The notes beneath the pieces were generated by a model that was given only the letters and a program-made list of their open reading frames with translations, did not search any database and was not told where the DNA came from. DNA of 64,000 nt from Mobula hypostoma (lineage: Eukaryota): NCBI RefSeq assembly GCF_963921235.1, contig NC_086108.1, positions 107,882,001 through 107,946,000 of the forward strand, in the 5' to 3' direction. Positions 11,548 through 25,660 of this stretch are shown piece after piece (positions within the stretch are counted from its first letter, which is position 1; the number at the start of each line of letters is the position of its first letter). The position numbers and the translations under genes were made by a program.

Positions 11548-12025
11548 ACTACTGTGCAAAAGTCTTTGGCACGTATATGTAACTAGGGTGTCTGAAGTTT
11601 TTGCATGGTACTCTATTTGTTAACGTGGAGCAGCAAGTGAGCTTGTAAATTTGGTGGGAACAAAGGATGTTGGAAATGGTGAAGGTGGAGCATCGCGGGA
11701 GGGGTGTGGGATGGGTGGCAGAGCAGCAGTGCCAGGGGCAGGGGGTGGCACGATTGCAGGCACACCCTGCCCTGAGATACCAGGCGAGGTCATTTGATTC
11801 TAAAACAATTGGTTTATTGATCATTACAGAATGTCTCTCTGGTGCTTCCCGCTCCCTCCCCTCTCCCTTCTTCCCCAACCATGACTCTCCTCTTCCTGTC
11901 CTCTTGCCACTCTCAGTCCACAACAGAGACCCATATCAGAATCAGGTTTATCATCACTCACATGTCATGAAATGGTTTTCTTTAAGGCAGTGGCACAGTG
12001 CAATACATTACTGCAGTACTGTGCG
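11548..12025. mobile_element. Tc1/mariner-type non-autonomous element remnant
   Basis: Starts tactgtgcaaaagtctttggcac with an adjacent inverted copy (gtgtctgaagtttttgcatggta); same TIR type as 40951-41348. Confidence 0.5.
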
Positions 12026-12339
12026 AAGGAATAAGCTGCAGCTCGAGGATGTGCTGAAGGGCATCCAGCAAGTGTTGCCATTCTTCCTTTGCCAACATAG
12101 CATGCCCGTAAATTACTAACCCTGACCTGTATATCTTTGGAATGTGGGAAGAAACCAAATCACACAGAGGAAACCCACAAGGTCACAGGGAAATGAACCT
12201 GGTTCACAGTCCCTGTAAAGAGTTGCGCTGATTGCGCCCATCGTGTATGGCTGCTTTCCTGAGACAGTGGGAAGTGTAGAATGCTGTTACACAAAATGAA
12301 TGCATCCTGCAATCATTTTGAGATTCCCTAAGAAGCCAG

Positions 12340-12742
12340 CCTTGCCTTAGAGGACCCTGGTGGTTGGTGTTGGTGATGGATGTTGCGTCATAGCTGTCTA
12401 TGTGTTATGCAAGCCAGTACACAGACCAGGTTGGTACAATATGGAGAGCGAGCTGTTGCCCGTACAGCGGGCTCCCCTTCTCCATACAGCTGACGAATCC
12501 AAAGGAATGGCAGAGACCGCTACAGTTTGGCACCAGCAGCGTCGCAGAAGTTGCCAGTCAGCATTGAACTCAACATAAGACTGCCTTAGGAGACTCCAGC
12601 TCCAGGTTTTTCCTCAGGATTTACTCCTGAAGCCTTCCCCGTGAGTGGATGTAGCCACAAGGCAGCGGAGGTTTGAGATCAGAGTTTTCCATCTCCTAGA
12701 TGAACTGCAGCCATGCCTGATGAGCCCCATCTGTCTGACAGC
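12340..12742 (-). mobile_element. RTE-clade-derived non-autonomous element
   Basis: Minus strand carries an RTE-like 5' motif (catctaggagatggaaaactctgatctcaaacctc); its 3' body aligns by eye with the body of the 5583/10485/46469 SINE. Confidence 0.55.
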
Positions 12743-13189
12743 CTTGCCTACATCAACACATTCGTAACTTGTGAGTTCCATGTGACGATTCTGGCAACTT
12801 GACAGATAAGGGTGGTTCACTGTTCTGCTCTTAAAGATCTCAAGGAGTTTCAGAGGCATGAGAAGACTTTGTTCTGTTGTCCATCATAAAACACATTTAG
12901 TTCATTCCAGAATTCACACATTCCCTTCCAAAGTTCCTCCAGCTTTACTCTTTAGATGCAGCCATAGCTGGTATTGCTCCGAACATGTGTCAGCAGCCGT
13001 CCTTTTTAAACTGGATGGGTTGCGAGCCACTTCAGAGCACAATTAAGTTGACCACAAGACTTGGAGAAACAGCTGGCTTAGCTTCAGAGCCCTTGAGGTA
13101 TTTCTGTGTCAGATTCTCTGCTGGAACGTGGAATATTCCATCATACAGTATACATATTTATATTCCATACTCCTAGCTGACAGTATAAT

Positions 13190-13625
13190 CATTGATTTCT
13201 CTACTTTCTGGTAATGTCTCCCTCCTTCCCCTTCTCTCTTCTTCTGTTCCCCACTCACCTCACCACTTCTCACCTGCTTATCTCCTCCCTCTGGCACCCC
13301 TCCTCCTCCCCTTTCTCCCATGGTCCACTCCCCTCTCCTATCAGAGTCTTTCTTCTCCAGTCCCTTACCTTTTCCATCTATCATCTCCCAGCTTCTAACT
13401 TAATCCCCCACCCACCTGGCTTCACCCATCACCTTCCAGCAGGTACTCCTTCCCTTCCCCTCCCACCCCCCCCCCCTTATTCCAGTGTCTTCCCTCTTTT
13501 ACAGTTCTGATGAAAGGTCTTGGCTTGAAATGTCGATTGCTTATCATTTCCATTCGTGCTGAGTTCTCCAGCACTTTGTGGGTGTTAACTCTGGATTTCC
13601 AGCATCTGTAGAATCTCTTGTATTT
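13190..13625 (+). mobile_element. Penelope pseudo-LTR with hammerhead motif at 13502-13539
   Basis: End of the GIY-YIG ORF remnant (attgatttctctactttctggtaa), pyrimidine tract, then cagtt-CTGATGA-aaggtcttggctt-GAAAT-gtc-gattg and the conserved terminus tttccagcatctgtagaatctcttgt. Confidence 0.75.
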
Positions 13626-13627
13626 TA

Positions 13628-14585
13628 GATAGATAGATATACTTTATTGATCCCAAGGGAAATTGGGTTTAGTTACAGCCGCACCAACGAAGAATACAGC
13701 ATAAATATAGCAATACAAAAACCACAAAAAAATCAAACAATATGCAAACTATACCAGATGGAAATAAGTCCAGGACCAGCCTATTGGCTCAGAATGTCTG
13801 ACCCTCCACGGGAGGAGCTACAAAGTTCGATAGCCACAGGCAGGAACGACCTCTCGTGCTGCCCAGTGTTGTATCTCAGTGGAATATGGCCGGAGTCCAA
13901 CAGCAAAAAGTTCAATATCCTGTCTACAAACACGGTCCTCGATCGTAATATGACCAGGATTGCACCATCTGTTGTTTACCAGAACAGCAAGCCCCCAACT
14001 CTTTTACGCTTACCACTCTCAGTGCACTTCCGGTCAGCCCGAACGGTCTGGAAGCCATCCATGGAAAAGTTTTGATAGGGTATGTCCTCGTGCAGCCCCG
14101 TTCCAGTAAAACACGTAACACTGCACTCCCGAAATGTTCTCTGACTCCTGGCTGGCGCCGTCAACTCATCCATTTTATTATCCACCGAACTCCTCTTCTC
14201 CATAAGTCTCTGTTGTCTCGACCTGGTCCTCTTTCCTCGACTTTGTGATCCCCCTCTGCATCCTCTGTGTGTGTTTTCCTCCAGATCTCAGCAGGGGTGT
14301 CCGCCGCTCTGTTCGCTAAATCGGCCGGCATAAGCGCAATCAGCTGGTCCCTGGAATAAACAATGCGACCATACTGCTGCCCCGCTAATGAGACATGTCC
14401 GAATGTAACTGTAACTATTTCCGGCGCTAAAAACCCAAATAAAACTCTCTCCACCAACATGTTAGAGAGGGTGCAGCTTCAACGTGTTACCATGAAAAAA
14501 AATACAACAAATAACGTAAGTTTAAAAAAAGTAAGTAAACTAGTCAGAACGGCTGTAACAGGTTGCATGCACGACCGGCACACGC
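13628..14585 (-). mobile_element. Internally deleted LINE derivative (5' region plus APE endonuclease start joined to a 3' tail)
   Basis: Minus ORF SVDNKMDELTA...RECSVTCFTGTGL...DGFQTVRADRKCTESGKRK is an APE endonuclease N-terminus of Rex1/L2 type; ends in caataaagt(atct)n; related shorter copy at 22037-22310. Confidence 0.7.
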
Positions 14586-14749
14586 GCACTGATCGTGTGG
14601 GATAACTCTCTGATGGACTGGAAAAGTAACTCTTAAAAGTGGGCTGGTTAGGATACAAGCACACACACTGAAGAATAGGAGCAAGGTGTCTTCACCAATT
14701 TACTGGACTCTGAAAATTCACACTCGTTCCTGAGTCACATGTTATTTAC

Positions 14750-15100
14750 ACATGGTGCCGACTTTATTAGGTACACCTTTTGTAAAGGCAAATATCTAAT
14801 CAGCCAATCATGTGGCAGCAACGCAATGCATAAAAGCAGCAGACATTGGTCAAGAGGTTTAGTCGTTGTTCAGACCAAACTTCAGAACGGGGAAGAAATG
14901 TGATCTCAGTGACTTTAATCATGGAATGATTGCTGGTGCCGGACAGGGTGGTTTGAGTATCTCAGAAACTGCTGACCTCCTGAGAATTTTATGCACAACA
15001 GTCTCTAGAGTTTATAGAGAATGGGGTTGAAAACAGAACTTCCAGTGATTGGCAGTTCTGCGTTCAAAAACGCTTTGTTAATGAAAGAGGTCAGAAATGC
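14750..15100 (+). mobile_element. Tc1-like non-autonomous DNA transposon fragment
   Basis: actttattaggtacacc TIR remnant, then GKKCDLSDFNHGMIAGAGQGGLSISETADLL, a Tc1 transposase N-terminal HTH; homologous to 49388-49926. Confidence 0.75.
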
Positions 15101-18100
15101 CATCTATAGACAGAATTGACAAGCAGATACAGATACTAACCAATTGGTAATCTTATGTGTGTTTAAATTCCTTATTTGCATGATCAATCATCCAGCACCC
15201 TATGATAATACAGGTATTTATACCCAATAGAATCTCTGTTACAGGCCAATTAAAATTCAGAATTCGTGAAGTAACTGACCAATAGTAAGTGTCATCCAGG
15301 TGTGTCATCTTCATTTGCATCTTTATCTTGTCTCTGGGTGCCAAATGGCTCCTGCTGTGCAAAGGGGGGGGCATTGTCCCAGAAGGTGGAGAACCCTAAT
15401 GATGGAAGCCCCCTTCCTGAAGCTGTGCCTGCTGTAATCCAAAGCTTCCACTGTAACGTACTGGAGTGCAAACCTGGCTATTTGAGCCTCTGTCTCTCGT
15501 GTGGAGAGAGCCCGTGATGATGAGAGGCATTGGGTATTGATCGTGTGAATAGTCTTCGCTCTGTGGGCCACTTCTTCAGAATGAAGGCCATCATCCTTGA
15601 CCTCGAGGGATAGCCACAACAACGAGTCAGAGGCTTTTTCCCAGGGTTGAAATGGCTAGCATGAGAGGGCACAGTTTTAAGGTGCCTGGAAGTAGGTACA
15701 TAGGAGATGTCGGGGTAAGTTTTTTACGCAGAGTGGTGAGTGCATGGAATGGGCTGCCTGCGACAATGGCGGAGGTGGATACGATAGGATCTTTTAAGAG
15801 ACTCTTGGATAGGTATACGGAGCTTAGAAAAATAGAGCACTATGGGTAACCCTGGGTAATTTTTAAAGTAAGTACATGTTCGGCACAGCCTGTATTGTGC
15901 TGTAGGTTTTCTACGTTCCATGTTAACCAAGCACTGATGCATGAGAACTTTGTGAGACTCACTTAATCAGTCAGTCAACATGGAACAGATTTATAGATGT
16001 AAAGATTAGCTTCGTTTATCATACGTTCATTGAAAGGTGAGAGGAACATAGAAGCAGAATTAGGCCATGTGGCCCATCCAGGCCTGTCATTATTTAATGT
16101 TTCAATGATATTGTGCCCCCCCAACCCATTCTTCCAAACCCCAGCGAGTGCAAGCTTACAGCCATCAAATGCTCTTCATATGTTAACCCTTTCTTCCCCA
16201 GGAAGAATTGAAAGAAGTGAATATCTGTGTAATAACAATGGATTAGATAAACTTGGGTTATTTTCTCTGGAGTAATGGAGGCTGAGAGGAGATCTGATAG
16301 AGGTTCATAAGATTATGAGAGGCATAGTGGACAGACAATATCTTTTTTTTTCCCCGGATTGAAATATCTAATATCAGAGGGCATGCATTTAAGGTGAGAG
16401 GAGGTAATTTCAGAGGAGACGTGAGGGGCTAGTTATTACACAGACAGTGGTGGGGGGCCTGGAATGTTCCTTCTGGGAATGTACTAGAAATATTATGGAC
16501 TCTTAAGATTTGTTTAGAGAGGCACAAAGAAGGATATGGACATTGAGTAGGCAGAAGAGATTAGCCATTTGATTACTGATTTAATAGGTTCGGCATAATA
16601 TTGTGGGGCAAGGGGCCTGTTCAAGTGCTGTACTGTTCTATCTTCTAGGAAATATCAAGACATACAGTGAAATGTTTGCATCAACAGCCAACACAGCCCA
16701 AGGGTGCACTGTGGGCAGCCCGCAGGTCTCACCATGCCTCTGGTGCCAACATGGCATGGCCACAACTCACTAATCCTAACCTGTACGTCTTTGGAACTTG
16801 GGAGTAAAGCAGAGCACCAGGAGGAGACCCATACGGTCATGGGGAGAACATGATAGATAGTGGTGGGAATTGAACACGGGCCAGTGCTGTTGTAAGGTGT
16901 TACCTTACCTGCTATGCTACCATCCCATTCCTCTGTATCATCAATTTATACTGCACAAGTCCTGTACGGTTTATTCAACATGTATAGCACATTGAAATGG
17001 GTTAAAAATTCTGCTTTTTTTTTAAAGGGCCAATTAGAAAAGATCATTACGTTTTTATCTTCGTTTGTTTGCAAGCTGCTGAGTGAATAGTTATTGATTT
17101 TTGGAGTTAATTTTTTTCCTTCTCCCTGTGATTATTACCTCTGTTGCACCACATGTCAGGGTGGGATTGTTTGCAGGAATGGAATTCCACACTGATGCCT
17201 CCTGCTCTCTGTATGAGAGACACTGGAATAAGTGCACGTAAGGAGAAAGAGAGAGAGGTTAAAGAAGACCTGCAGGGTATGTTTTTTACACAGTGGTGGG
17301 CGGCTGGAATGCAATGCAGTGGTGAAAGATAGACATATGAATGTGCAGGGGAATGGATGGATGTGCACCATGTGAATGGATTTAATTTAATTGAAAGACT
17401 TAATGATAAAGATTAGCTTTATTTGTCACATGTACATCAGAACATCAAAACACACATTGAAATGCATCATTCCAGAAGAAGGGTCTCAGTCCGAAACTCT
17501 TTTCCATGGATGCTGCCTGGCCTGCTGAGCTCCTCCAGCATTTTGTGTGTGTCGCAGTGAAATGCACTGTTTGTTTCAGTGACCAACACAATCCAAGGAT
17601 GTGCCCTGTCACCATGTTTCCAGTGCTAACACAGCATGCCCACAACTTACTCAGACTGACCCGCACCTGCTCTGGAAGCTCACACGGTCAGGGAGAGCAT
17701 ACAAACACCTCGCAGACAGGAGTTCTTGTACAGCGCTCAATGCAGTTGTGACAGATGTCCAGTGTGACAAGTCCTGACTGAGGTGTGGGGAATACAAGAG
17801 AGCAGGGACAGAACCATGATCATAATCGCAAGATCACTGGTGCTGGAAAGAGTTACGCTAACCACTAAGCCACCATGCCACATTTGGTGTAGTGCCCCCA
17901 ACTCATTCTCTGCAACTTGGCAAAAAACATGTTCCACAAAGTGTCAATTGCACAGATTTGTCCCCTCCTTCCTCCCAGTCATTCTTCTCCTTGCATTGCT
18001 TCAGGGAGGAAACAGTATCATCAAGGGTATCTGCTACCTGGCCATTTCTTTTTACTCTTTTCCGCCTCTATGGAAGAGACAGGAACTTGGGCCGTATGGA

Positions 18101-18811
18101 AGCATAATGGTTAGCACAGTGTGTTATAGTGCCAGTGAATGGGTTCCCACTCCTGCCACCGGCTCTGAGGAGTTTGCACATTCACTCTTGTCCACGTGGC
18201 TGCTCCGGTTTCCTCCCACGCGGGTCAGCATTAGTAAATTGTGGGATGGCATGTTGGCACCAGAAGCCTGGCAACACTTGCAGGCTCCCCTTGGCACATA
18301 TTCAGACGATGATGGTCGTTGATGCAAATAATACATTTCACTGTGTTTTGATGTTTCGATGTATGAATAAAACTTTAATCTTTCTGTCCAGATGTGCTTC
18401 TTCCTCACTGCTGTCAGATTCCTGAACCGATCTCCCCTTTCACACCCCATTCCCAGTGTGTCCACGTTCTCGGAATCTTACCTTTGCCTCTTTCAGTTGT
18501 TCCATTATTGTCACTTTACCATTTCTTTTTGCACAACTTCACATTGTTCTGCAATCTTTGCACCAGTTCTTTGTTCTTGTGTTTGTTATTACCAGGTGTA
18601 CCCTGTGAGGTTCACATGAGCAGGGAGTTTCACTTAATCCTGGTGGAAGTGCGAATCTGAGCCTTGATCATATTCAAGATTCAAGTTGCATGATTGCTTA
18701 ATGTCATTTCCCATTCACAGGTGTAAAGGTGAACGAAATAATTGTTACTCTGGATCCGATGCAGCACACAAAAGGATATAAGAACATAATCATAAAAGAA
18801 CACTAAATATA

Positions 18812-19040
18812 AAGCAACACACTCCCAATGCTGGAGGAACGCAGCTGGTCAGGCAGCCTCTATGGAAAAGAGGAAACACTCAACATTTCAGGCCACAGCC
18901 CTTCTTCAGGTATTAAGAAGTGTCTCGGTCCGAAACGTTGACTGGCTACTCTTTTACATCGCTGCTTCCTGGCCTGCTGAGTTCCTCCAGCGTTTTGTGT
19001 GTGTTGTTTGCATTTCCAGCATCTGCAGATGTTCTCTTCT
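18812..19040. mobile_element. Penelope-derived palindromic element (aged)
   Basis: Inverted arms aatgctggaggaacgcagctggtcaggcagc / gctgcttcctggcctgctgagttcctccagcgtt with hammerhead remnants on both strands in the centre. Confidence 0.7.
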
Positions 19041-19864
19041 TTGTGGCTGGGGGGTGTGGAGGGGTGGACTGGTGCTGATCTGCCTTACTGCTGGGGAAAG
19101 TAACTGTTTTTGAGTCTGGTGCTCCTGATGTGGATACTATGTAGCCTCCTCCCTGATGGGAGTCCCTCAGCAGGGTACTGGGATCCTTCATGATGTTACT
19201 GACCCTTTCTGAACACTTTCCAGATTCCAGTTTATTTATCACATGTACATCCATACATACAATGAAATGTGTCATTTGTGTCCGCAAACAACACAACCTA
19301 ATGATGTGCTGGGGGCAGCCCACGAGTGTTGCCACATGTTCTGGTGCCAATGTAATACGTCCACAATGCTCAGAACACAACAAGCAACAACAGGAAAACA
19401 AACTCCGTACGTCCCACCCTCCACGCACGTACACAGTCCTCCATCCTAGGACAGGCCTCCAGCTGATGCAGATTCTGACATCCGGACACTGGGCTTTGAC
19501 CTCCTCACTGGGCTAACACAGATTCACAGACTTGACTTTAGCCAACACATTTTGACTTCTGGACTTCCGATTCATCCCCTTGCCTCGATCCCAGAACTTG
19601 CCAAAAACCAGGCCTCGAACTTCCAGACTCGCTGATGGTAGGAACCTGATTACCAGGCCATGAATTCCAGTCTCACCGTTCCGTGAACCCATGGGTTTAA
19701 TGGAGGCTGTTCCTCTTGTCTACATGCTAAATGTCAGGGCTAACTACAAGGGCCAAGTCTGCTGCTCCTGCTCCTGTTTCCTTGCATTCTTCTATTCCCC
19801 CACAAGTCAATCGGGACCTGTCATGCTGGGTGCTGCACAAAGTGTTCTATTCAGTTGAGTTCCA

Positions 19865-20828
19865 GGAGAGAGGAGCAACACCTCATATCCTGTCTGGGCA
19901 GTCTCCAACCTGATGGCATGAACATAGATTTCTTCAACTTCTGGGAAATGTTTTCCTTAAATTCCCCACTCTGGACTCGTACCTCTTTTCCTCACCCACC
20001 TATCACTTCCCCCGGAGCCCTTCCATCTTCCCTTTCTCCCATGGACCAATCATCCTCTCCTATCAGATTTCTTCCTCTCCAGCCCTTTACCTTTTCCACC
20101 TATCACCTTTCAGCCTCTTACTCCATCCCCCCCTCCCCCACCCACCTGGATTCACCTACCACCCTCTATCTTGTCCTCCATCCACTCTCCCACCTACTTG
20201 TAATACTCATAATGGCAAAGATGGAGGCCAACCATTTCAATACCTATCCCAATTCCCATTCGGACATGTTGGTCCACAGCTTCCTCTTTTGCCACAATGA
20301 GGCCACTCTCATGGTGGAGGAGCAACACCTCATGTTCCCTCCAGGTAGGCTCCAACCTAGTAGCATCACCATTGATTTTTCTGACTTCTAGTAATTCTCT
20401 CCGCCCCTTTCATTCTTCTTTATTCCTCCTCTCCCCCCCCCCCGACTTCGCGTCCCCTGCCTATCACGTTCCTCCTGTGCCCCTCCTTTCTTTTCTCACA
20501 TGGTCCATTCTCTACTTATCTCAGATTCCTCCTTCTCCAGCCCTTTACCTTTTCCACTTCATCAGCTCCCAGCTTGTAATCACATCCCCCCTCCCCCACC
20601 CACCTGGCTTCACCTATCACCTTCCAGCTTGTCCTCCTTCCCCTCCTCACAACTCCTTTTACTGGCATCTTCCCTCCATTCCATTCCAGTGCTGGTGAAT
20701 GCCTATGGCTCAAGACATCGACTGTTTATTCATTTCTGTAAATGTTGCTTGACCTGCTGAATTCCTCCAGCATTTTGTATGTGTGCTACTCTGGATTTCC
20801 AGCATCTGTAGAACTTCTTGTGTTTAAC
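19865..20828 (+). mobile_element. Tandem Penelope 3' ends (two pseudo-LTR units)
   Basis: EEQHLISCLGSLQPDGMNIDF and later HFNTYPNSHSDMLVH...EEQHLMFPPGRLQPSSITIDFSDF, the GIY-YIG C-terminus twice, each followed by the pyrimidine-rich UTR. Confidence 0.8.
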
Positions 20829-21782
20829 ACTTGAATGGGTTTTGTGAGGAGGCTCCTTCAGCCTTTACAGCTGCTGCATTGTAGCCTTTTGCAAGTGCCG
20901 TGTAATTTATTGCAGAACAGACGGCAGGGCTTGCTTACCTGTCTCGGCTGAATGTGATGGTGTTTCACTGTGATCAGTGAAGCAATCCGGCAGCTATTAT
21001 CAAGATTAATATGAATTCAGTGCTGAACAATGGTTACAACAGGTAGCAGTGAGAGAGAAAACGAGAGAGAGAAATAGGTAATATACTTTTCAGGATAATT
21101 GCAAGGGTAATGAGTTGTAATTCTTTCAAAGTTTCTGACTATACCTATCCCCTGATAACACTAGTCTTCCTATTTGAGAACACTTAGTTTATTAATGAAC
21201 AAATTGGCTTTTATTAGACACTTGCTGTTGGCCATCAATAAAACTGAGAGGTTCAAAATGCCTTTCTGCCGATAAGGTTTTAGTGTGGCACTTTGATATT
21301 CCAGGTGTGTCTCCTAAAAAGGTCAATATTTGAGACTGAGTCTTTAAAGGCAGGTTCCTGAAAAATGCACTGTATCGCAGGTTATTAGTGAAATGTCCTG
21401 AAGATCAGAGAGGGTGTTCAACTGAGAAGCCACACCGCAAAGAAGATGAAATCTTTACAGCCCTTTTAGTTGATGCAAGTCGCGGGTACATTCCTCCCTT
21501 GGTTGTTGTCTGCTGTTAAGTGCATGTGCCATTCCCTACCTCCCTCAACTTGCGCACACAAGTTCCTCAACAACTCATCTGAGGACATTGTGTCGAATCA
21601 ACAATGTGTTGAATTCTGGTAGCCTCACCATAGGAAGGATATGGAAGCTTTAGGAAGGGTGCAGAGGAGATTGACCGGGATACTGCCTGGATTGGAGAGT
21701 GTGTCTTACAAGGAAAGGTTAAGTGAGCTAGGGCTTTTCTCTCTGGAGTGAAGGAGGATGAGAGGTGACTTGATAGAGGTGC

Positions 21783-22785
<1,003 letters not shown>

Positions 22786-23927
22786 CATACAAAATAATAA
22801 GAGGCACTGGATCAAGTGGATAGCCAGGGTGGAAACAGCTCATAGAAGTGGGCATAATTTTAAGATGATTGGAGGAAAGTATTGGGTAGATATTAGAGGA
22901 GGTTTTTACACAGAGGATGGTGGGTGTGTGGAACTCCCCGCCAGGAGTGGTGGTACAGCCAGAGACATTAGGAGCATTTAAGAGACTCTTAAATAGGCAC
23001 ATGGATGATAGAAAATCAAGGCTATGTAGCAGGGAAGATTGATTGATCTTAAACTAGGTTAAAAGGACGACACAACATCATGGGCCAAAGGAACCATACT
23101 GTACTGTCGTATGTATAAGAAATAGCCAGTCAAAGTGATTTGACTTTAATTCAACCCTATGCCCAGCTAAACTATGTCTTCTGAGGCTGCATCTTCTGGT
23201 CCAAGACTCTCCCACTATTGGAAACATCCTTTGCACATCCACTCTATCTAGACCTTTCAATATTCAATAGGTTTAACTTAGGATATAGAATTCTACAGTA
23301 TAGTATGGGACTTTGACCCACAATGATGTGCTGAACTAATATGAAATTGAGATAAAATGTGAAACCCCTCCTTTTTATTTTAACCTTGTGTGAGTACAGG
23401 CCGAGAGCCATCTGATCTATGTATATGCTCATATTCACTCTGGTACACATGCTTGTGTATTAACACCCCCACATACACAACCATGGATATGTGTTTTAAC
23501 TATAACTGATACTGGGATTCAATATATATTAATACAGAATATATCTCTTCCAGGGACATGTGTAGACATTTAAATTTGAACCTTTTTGGAAGATCATGCA
23601 TATACATCCTGAATATTATGGAAGGGTTGCATGGGTAAGGAATGAAAGTGCCATCATCTATTTGAAGTTTGCTGCATTGTGCAGGTCGCTGCTGTCCTCG
23701 AATGGGGAATGTAGAACAATAGTATTTACTCTTAAAAGTAGTTTTCACTCATTTGCATTTCGGGACAATAAGGGGAGTTGGAGCACAGAGATCTCGGAAT
23801 AAGTTCCAGGAAAAGGTTAGAATGAGAACTATAGATGAATCTGAGAACAAGGATGGTTTTAAATATTGAGTGGATTAACTGGGATCTAGTTCAGCTCATT
23901 AGGATTTATACCTGTCATTAGGTAAGT

Positions 23928-24506
23928 ACACTCACTCACACACAGACACATAAAAATACACCTGTGCACACATACACACTCACACTCACATGGACTCTCT
24001 CTCACACATATGCACAAATGTAAACACACATAAACAGACACTTACTCATACTCATAGACACACACATACAATCACACTCATACCGACACTCTCACACATT
24101 CACACTCACAGATACACACATGCACACATTCACAGGCACACTCATATACACACAGACACATACACATACAATCACACTCATACAGACACATACAAACTCA
24201 CACTCAAACACACATGCACACATTAACACTCACACACACACACAATCGCACTCACACTGACACATGGACACACTGACACTCATAGTCACACCCACAAACA
24301 CATGCTCACACACATTCACACTCTCAGACACACACATGCACACACTCATACTGACACATGCACACACTCATACAGTTACACACACACATTCACTCATACA
24401 GACACACATTCACACTCATACACACACACAATCACACTCATACTGACACACATGCACACACACTCATACAGTCACTCACACACATTCACACTCACGCACA
24501 CACACA
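23928..24506. repeat. Degenerate (CA)n microsatellite field
   Basis: Continuous CA/CT/TA dinucleotide variants; ORFs are His/Thr low-complexity. Confidence 0.95.
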
Positions 24507-24849
24507 TTCTGACCTCTTCTGTCCTTGCTGAGGTTAGCAGGGAAACACCTAGGTCACTGAACATATGTTGGCCAGCAAGCAAGCAGCCTTCAACCAAGGA
24601 CTTTTTGCCTGTGTCACACATGTTAATAGTTAATCATTTTATATTGTTCACTCTGGCAAGCTGTTCTGTTAGTAAATGGTGATTAAGTAACTAATAATTA
24701 ATGTAGCCCATTTGGTGTGACAACATAGGTGTGTCGGGTCTCTTTCCACTCATCCACAGTCCCTGCTCTCTCTGCTACCAGAGGTCTGTGCTTGGAAACA
24801 TCCTACAGCCATGTCGTCTGCTTCAAAAGCTTTCCCCACCCCTGGCTTG

Positions 24850-25260
24850 AAGGGGCTGAGATAAGCATGACCATCCCAAGTACAGAAAGTGGTGAATACA
24901 GCCCAGTCCATCACAGGCAAAGCCCACCCCACTAGGGAGCACATTCACATGAAGAGCTGCCACAAGAAAGCAGCATCCATCGACAAAGACTCCATCCTCC
25001 AAAGCATGCTCACTTCTTGCTACTGCCATCAGGAGCTACAGAAGCCTCACGTCCCACACCAGCAGGTTCAAGGATAGTTATTGCCTTTCAACCATCAGGC
25101 TCCTGGACTGGCATGGATAACTTCAATCACCTCAACACAACGGATTCTGCGAACTACACACTAACTTTCAAGGACTCTTCACGACTCATGTTCTCAGTAT
25201 TGTTTTTTATTTGCAGAGTTTATCTTTTGCACATTGGTTGCTTGCTGGTCTCTGTTGATC
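24850..25260 (+). mobile_element. Rex1/Babar-type LINE 3' fragment
   Basis: VVNTAQSITGKAHPTREHIHMKSCHKKAASI...LLPSG motif with frameshifts. Confidence 0.7.
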
Positions 25261-25271
25261 TGTAGTTACAC

Positions 25272-25660
25272 TATAAGGCATAAGAGCAGAATTAGGGTAT
25301 TTGGCCCATCGAATCTGCTTCACCATTCCATTATGGCCGATTCATTATCGCTCTCAACCCCATTCTTCTGCCTTCTCCCCGTAACCTTTGAAGCCCTTGC
25401 TAATCAAGAATATATCAACCTCAACTTTAAGAATACCCAATGACTTGGCCTGCACAACCATCTGTGACAATGAATTCCACAGATTCACTGTCCTCTGGCT
25501 AAAGAAATCTTTACTCATCTCTGCTCTAAATGGATGTCCCTCCATTCTGCGGCTGTGCCCTCTAGTCTTAAACTCCCCCACTATAGAAAACAGCCACTCC
25601 ACATCCACTCTATCTGAGCCTTTCAACATTCAATAAGTTTCAACGAGACCCCCTTTCATT
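25272..25660 (-). mobile_element. CR1-clade LINE 3' end
   Basis: MLKGSDRVDVEWLFSIVGEFKTRGHSRRMEGHPFRAEMSKDFFSQRTVNLWNSLSQ. Confidence 0.85.

Noticed and set aside
17783..18322. 179-aa ORF
   Set aside because: It spans SINE fragments and unique filler, with no domain resemblance or splice signals; consistent with a chance ORF.
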